A DNA stretch of 64,000 nucleotides from Solirubrobacteraceae bacterium. Its GTDB lineage: Bacteria > Actinomycetota > Thermoleophilia > Solirubrobacterales > Solirubrobacteraceae. Positions 60,711-64,000 of this stretch are shown here, piece after piece. The notes under the pieces were generated by a model that did no database searches, was not told the DNA's origin, and saw nothing but the letters and a program-made list of their open reading frames with translations. Position numbers and translations under genes: made by a program. Each line of letters opens with the position of its first letter. The stretch's first letter is position 1. The DNA lies in the NCBI GenBank assembly GCA_050996975.1, contig JBPCRJ010000166.1, positions 3,390 to 67,389 on the forward strand, given 5' to 3'.

Positions 60711-61762
60711 GATGTCTCTTTCCTCCTCTCGCGGACCATCCGACGATAGAGAGCCTCATGGCGGTCGACCATCGTCTTGTAGTCGAAGCGCTGCACCGCG
60801 CGATGACGGACAGCGGTGCGGTCGAGTTCCAGCACGCGTGGCACGAGTTCGGCGAGTCCGCGCCAGGAATCCGCGAGGTAGCCGGTGAGCCCAGGCTCGA
60901 CCAGCTCGGAAACCGCCCCGATCCCGACTCCGAGAACCGGAGTCCCGCAAACCATCGCCTCGACCACTACCAGCCCAAAGGGCTCTGGATATAGCAACGG
61001 ATAGAGCAGCGCTGCCGCCCCGGCGAGCAGGCGATCGCGAGTCGCCGCGTCAACCCGCCCGACGTAGGTGATCTGCTCGCCGTCGACCTGTGGCGCGACC
61101 GCCTCGTGAAACCAGTCCTCAGCGGGGCCGGCCAACACGAGCGGCATCCCCACCGACCGCGCGATCTCGATCGCCTCGACCGGGCCCTTATCCCTGATCA
61201 TGCGTCCGAGGAACAGAAGGTAGTCACCGCCTCGCTCTCCGAATGGAAATGCTGCGGTATCGATCCCGTGCGGAATCAGCTCGACGTTCGGCCGTCCCTG
61301 ATAGATCTCGGCCTGAAACTCGGAAACCGTCACCAGCTGCACGTGCGACAGGCGGCGGTAGGCGGAGATGACCCCCGGCTCCATCTGGACGTGGTGGGTA
61401 TGGACGTTCGGCGTACTCACGAACGCCCCGAACGGTAGGCCATAGTGGTAGCTGTGACAGTGGATCACATCAAATTCGTCGGCTTGTGCGTAGGCGTGGC
61501 CAACGTGCATGTACTCGGTGAACTGCCAGTCCCACAGGTCCTCGTCGTACTCGTATCCACGTTGGAAGAGGGACCGTAGGCTCGCAGTCGTTTCTGAGTC
61601 TCCGGTGGCAAACAGGGTCACGTCATGTCCCCGGGCGACAAGCTCGTCGCACAGCAACGCGACGAGATTCTCGACCGACTCGCCCACGCCGCGTCGGACC
61701 TCCGATCCGACAGAGGAGATCTGAGCGATCCTCAGCGGGCCGTCTGGGTCCCGAAGCCTCAC
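60707..61762 (-). CDS. Glycosyltransferase family 4
   Basis: GHDVTLFATGDS, FLGRM..DKG, EPFGLVVVEAM.CGTPV; GTG 61762 overlaps the ABC gene stop. Confidence 0.88.
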   Translation of the reverse strand: MRLRDPDGPLRIAQISSVGSEVRRGVGESVENLVALLCDELVARGHDVTLFATGDSETTASLRSLFQRGYEYDEDLWDWQFTEYMHVGHAYAQADEFDVIHCHSYHYGLPFGAFVSTPNVHTHHVQMEPGVISAYRRLSHVQLVTVSEFQAEIYQGRPNVELIPHGIDTAAFPFGERGGDYLLFLGRMIRDKGPVEAIEIARSVGMPLVLAGPAEDWFHEAVAPQVDGEQITYVGRVDAATRDRLLAGAAALLYPLLYPEPFGLVVVEAMVCGTPVLGVGIGAVSELVEPGLTGYLADSWRGLAELVPRVLELDRTAVRHRAVQRFDYKTMVDRHEALYRRMVRERRKETS

Positions 61763-63636
61763 GGTTCCTCTCCGATGCTCGGGCTGCCGCCGACGACGGG
61801 AACGGTCGGCTCGTCCCGCCCATACGTTTGGCGCCGGTGCAGGTCGGCGTACACGCCATCGGCCGCCAGCAGTTCCACGTGGGTGCCACGCTCGCAGATC
61901 TCCCCGTCTGACATGGCCAGGATCTGATCGGCACGACGGATGGTCGAGAGCCGGTGAGCGATCACGAACGTGATGCGACCTCGCATCAGACGCTCGAGCG
62001 CCTCCAGCAAGAGCGACTCCGTGCGTGCGTCGAGAGCTGACGTGGGTTCGTCGAGAATCAGTACCGGAGCGTTCTTGAGGAACGCTCTGGCGATGGAGAG
62101 CCGTTGCTTCTCGCCCCCGGAGAGCGTCGCCCCCCGCTCGCCGACGTCGGTGTCGTAGCCCTCCGGCAGCCGACTGATGAACCCGTGCGCGTTCGCCGCT
62201 CGGGCGGCTTCGACGATATCCGCCAGCGACGCGTCCGGCCGGGCGTAGGCGATGTTCTCGCGGATGGTCAACGGCAAAATGAACGGATCCTGCAACACGA
62301 GGCCGATCTGAGCGCGGAGCGACCGGTGGCGCATATCCCGGATGTCTTTGCCGCCGATCGTGATCCTCCCCGTCCACGGGTCGTAGAAGCGCACGAGCAG
62401 GTTCACCAGCGTCGTCTTGCCGGCGCCGGTCTCTCCGACGATTGCCACCACATCTCCGGGCTTGGCCTCGAGGGAGACGTCCTTCACCGCGGGACGTCCG
62501 GTTTCGTAGCCGAAGGTCACGTGCTCGTAGCAGATGGCGCCGCTTATGCGTGCCGCCTGGGCATCTGGTCGGTCCTGAATCGCCGGCTCGGTGTCGAGGA
62601 TCTCGATGCACCGGTCAGCCTCCGCGGCGGCGTGCTGGATGGTTTGCGCGGTGTGCGTGATCGACTCGAGCGGGTCGTACAGCGAGGACAGGTAGGAGAG
62701 AAATACGATGATCGTGCCCGGCGTGAGCTTGCCGCGCAGGGCGAGGTCGGCACCGAGATAGATGATTCCGGCCGTGCCGACTGTGGTCACGACGCCCGAG
62801 AAGATCTCGAACCAGATACCTGCGAGCGTCGCCCGCAGGTAGGCGGTCACCGTCTGGTCGGCGTAGTGGCGGAAGCGCTGCTCCTCGATCCGCTCACGGG
62901 TGAACGCCTGGACGGCCGGGACGGCGCCGAGGGTCTGCTCGACCACGGAGATCATCTTGCCCTCGAGATCGCGCTGCTCGCGCGAGCGGTCTTTGATGGG
63001 CTTGGCCATGAAGCGGATCACGAAGCCGAGGAAGGGCACGACGCCGAGCGCCACCAACGCCAGCGTTGGCTCCAGCGTCCACATCACGAAGAACATTGCC
63101 CCGAGCATCGCCAATGCCTGCACGGCGGGGACCAGCGCGTCGGTGACGATCGTCGATACGCAATACGAGTCGCCGGTAACGCGGGCGATCATGTCGCCGA
63201 GTGGTCGACGGCTGTGAAAGACCAGCGACAAGCGCTGCAGATGAGTGAATAGGTCGGCGGCCAGCTGGAAGGTCATTCGCTGGCCGATTCGCAGGGAGAA
63301 GTAGTTGTAGAAGGTCGAACTTGCGGTGCCCAGGCCAAAGATCGCAACGGTGCCGATTGCCGCCCAAGCCAGCAGTCCGTGCGGGCTTGAGGACCCCGGC
63401 AGCAGGCTCGTGAGCAGATGCGGAGTCTTGCGGTGCCCAAGCACGTTGTCGATCACGAGCTTGAGCGGCCAAGGCTTCAGCAGATCGATGGCGATGTCGA
63501 CCACCATCGTCACGATCAGGATCCAGATCGACCTCCAGTATGGGCGCGCGTAGCGGAGCAGGCGCAGTTCACGCCGCAGCGATCCGGACCTCGGCTCAGC
63601 TTCCGCAGCCGTCGGATCTTCCTCCAAAACCGTCAC
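61759..63636 (-). CDS. Fused permease/ATPase ABC exporter (MsbA-like)
   Basis: TM domain, GETGAGKTT, LSGGEKQR, ILDEPTS, IAHRLST. Confidence 0.93.
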   Translation of the reverse strand: MTVLEEDPTAAEAEPRSGSLRRELRLLRYARPYWRSIWILIVTMVVDIAIDLLKPWPLKLVIDNVLGHRKTPHLLTSLLPGSSSPHGLLAWAAIGTVAIFGLGTASSTFYNYFSLRIGQRMTFQLAADLFTHLQRLSLVFHSRRPLGDMIARVTGDSYCVSTIVTDALVPAVQALAMLGAMFFVMWTLEPTLALVALGVVPFLGFVIRFMAKPIKDRSREQRDLEGKMISVVEQTLGAVPAVQAFTRERIEEQRFRHYADQTVTAYLRATLAGIWFEIFSGVVTTVGTAGIIYLGADLALRGKLTPGTIIVFLSYLSSLYDPLESITHTAQTIQHAAAEADRCIEILDTEPAIQDRPDAQAARISGAICYEHVTFGYETGRPAVKDVSLEAKPGDVVAIVGETGAGKTTLVNLLVRFYDPWTGRITIGGKDIRDMRHRSLRAQIGLVLQDPFILPLTIRENIAYARPDASLADIVEAARAANAHGFISRLPEGYDTDVGERGATLSGGEKQRLSIARAFLKNAPVLILDEPTSALDARTESLLLEALERLMRGRITFVIAHRLSTIRRADQILAMSDGEICERGTHVELLAADGVYADLHRRQTYGRDEPTVPVVGGSPSIGEEP

Positions 63637-64000
63637 GATCGCTCACCTCGCAGCACACGAGCGGTCAGGGCGAGCGCCGAGGACGCCTCACTCACCGTTC
63701 GAAGTCCCAGCCCGATCCCCGCCAGCGCGATGATGATCGCTACGGGCGCCGAGCCATCCAGAGCCGCAGCAGCGCTCAGCGCCACCAGCAGAAGCGTCAT
63801 CACCACCGCGCCGGTCGACCACGAGGGTCGGCAGCGCATACGGACCAGCTGCCGTCCCGAGCCGTGCTCCTCCACGGCGGTGGTGATTCGCACGCCCGCC
63901 AGTGTGCCGCCCCGGGTTTCGATGTCCCAGGAGTCGAAGTCCCCGCCGCGACGCACCACCGCGCCGGATCGGGTGATGCCCTGCTCGAACGAGCGCAGCC
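63633..64000 (-). CDS. 3' end of a membrane protein, probably a large glycosyltransferase (starts beyond the window)
   Basis: RRGGDFDSWD...VEEHG.G.QL.R.R followed by two TM helices; stop overlaps the ABC gene start. Confidence 0.5.
   Translation of the reverse strand, partial: LRSFEQGITRSGAVVRRGGDFDSWDIETRGGTLAGVRITTAVEEHGSGRQLVRMRCRPSWSTGAVVMTLLLVALSAAAALDGSAPVAIIIALAGIGLGLRTVSEASSALALTARVLRGERS

Noticed and set aside
61763-62611. N-terminal extension of the GT4 ORF
   Set aside because: It overlaps the ABC exporter in another frame; the likely start is GTG 61762.

Overview
This is a 64-kb, very GC-rich chromosomal segment of an actinobacterium; gene content and style suggest Thermoleophilia/Solirubrobacterales (inference). 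It is mostly housekeeping genes: uppP, ggt, parA-ftsZ, an ArsA/Get3 ATPase pair, ppa, rpiB, primary sigma factor, rlpA-like gene behind a c-di-AMP riboswitch, moeA, glpX, egtB-egtD, thiolase, acyl-CoA dehydrogenase, cspA, arfB-NYN-ftsH, ligD, an MprAB-like two-component system, ppx-sixA-ppk1 and htrA. Accessory parts are a patch of gene remnants (9.1-10.4 kb), a partly decayed copper/thiol-redox envelope region (30-32.7 kb and 42.4-50.9 kb) and a lower-GC-looking glycan synthesis/export cluster running off the right end. The two best candidates for undescribed systems are: (1) an orphan ParA translationally coupled to an FtsZ with a ~200-aa N-terminal extension that begins with a ParA-partner-like peptide; (2) a His-containing membrane ORF ending in a RAPP ribosome-arrest motif at the head of a copper-handling operon. 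Also notable are 11-bp-periodic MprA-type boxes upstream of htrA and egtB, and frequent short tandem duplications at gene ends. No tRNA, rRNA, IS element or CRISPR array was recognised. All calls come from motif recognition by eye; no database searches were run.
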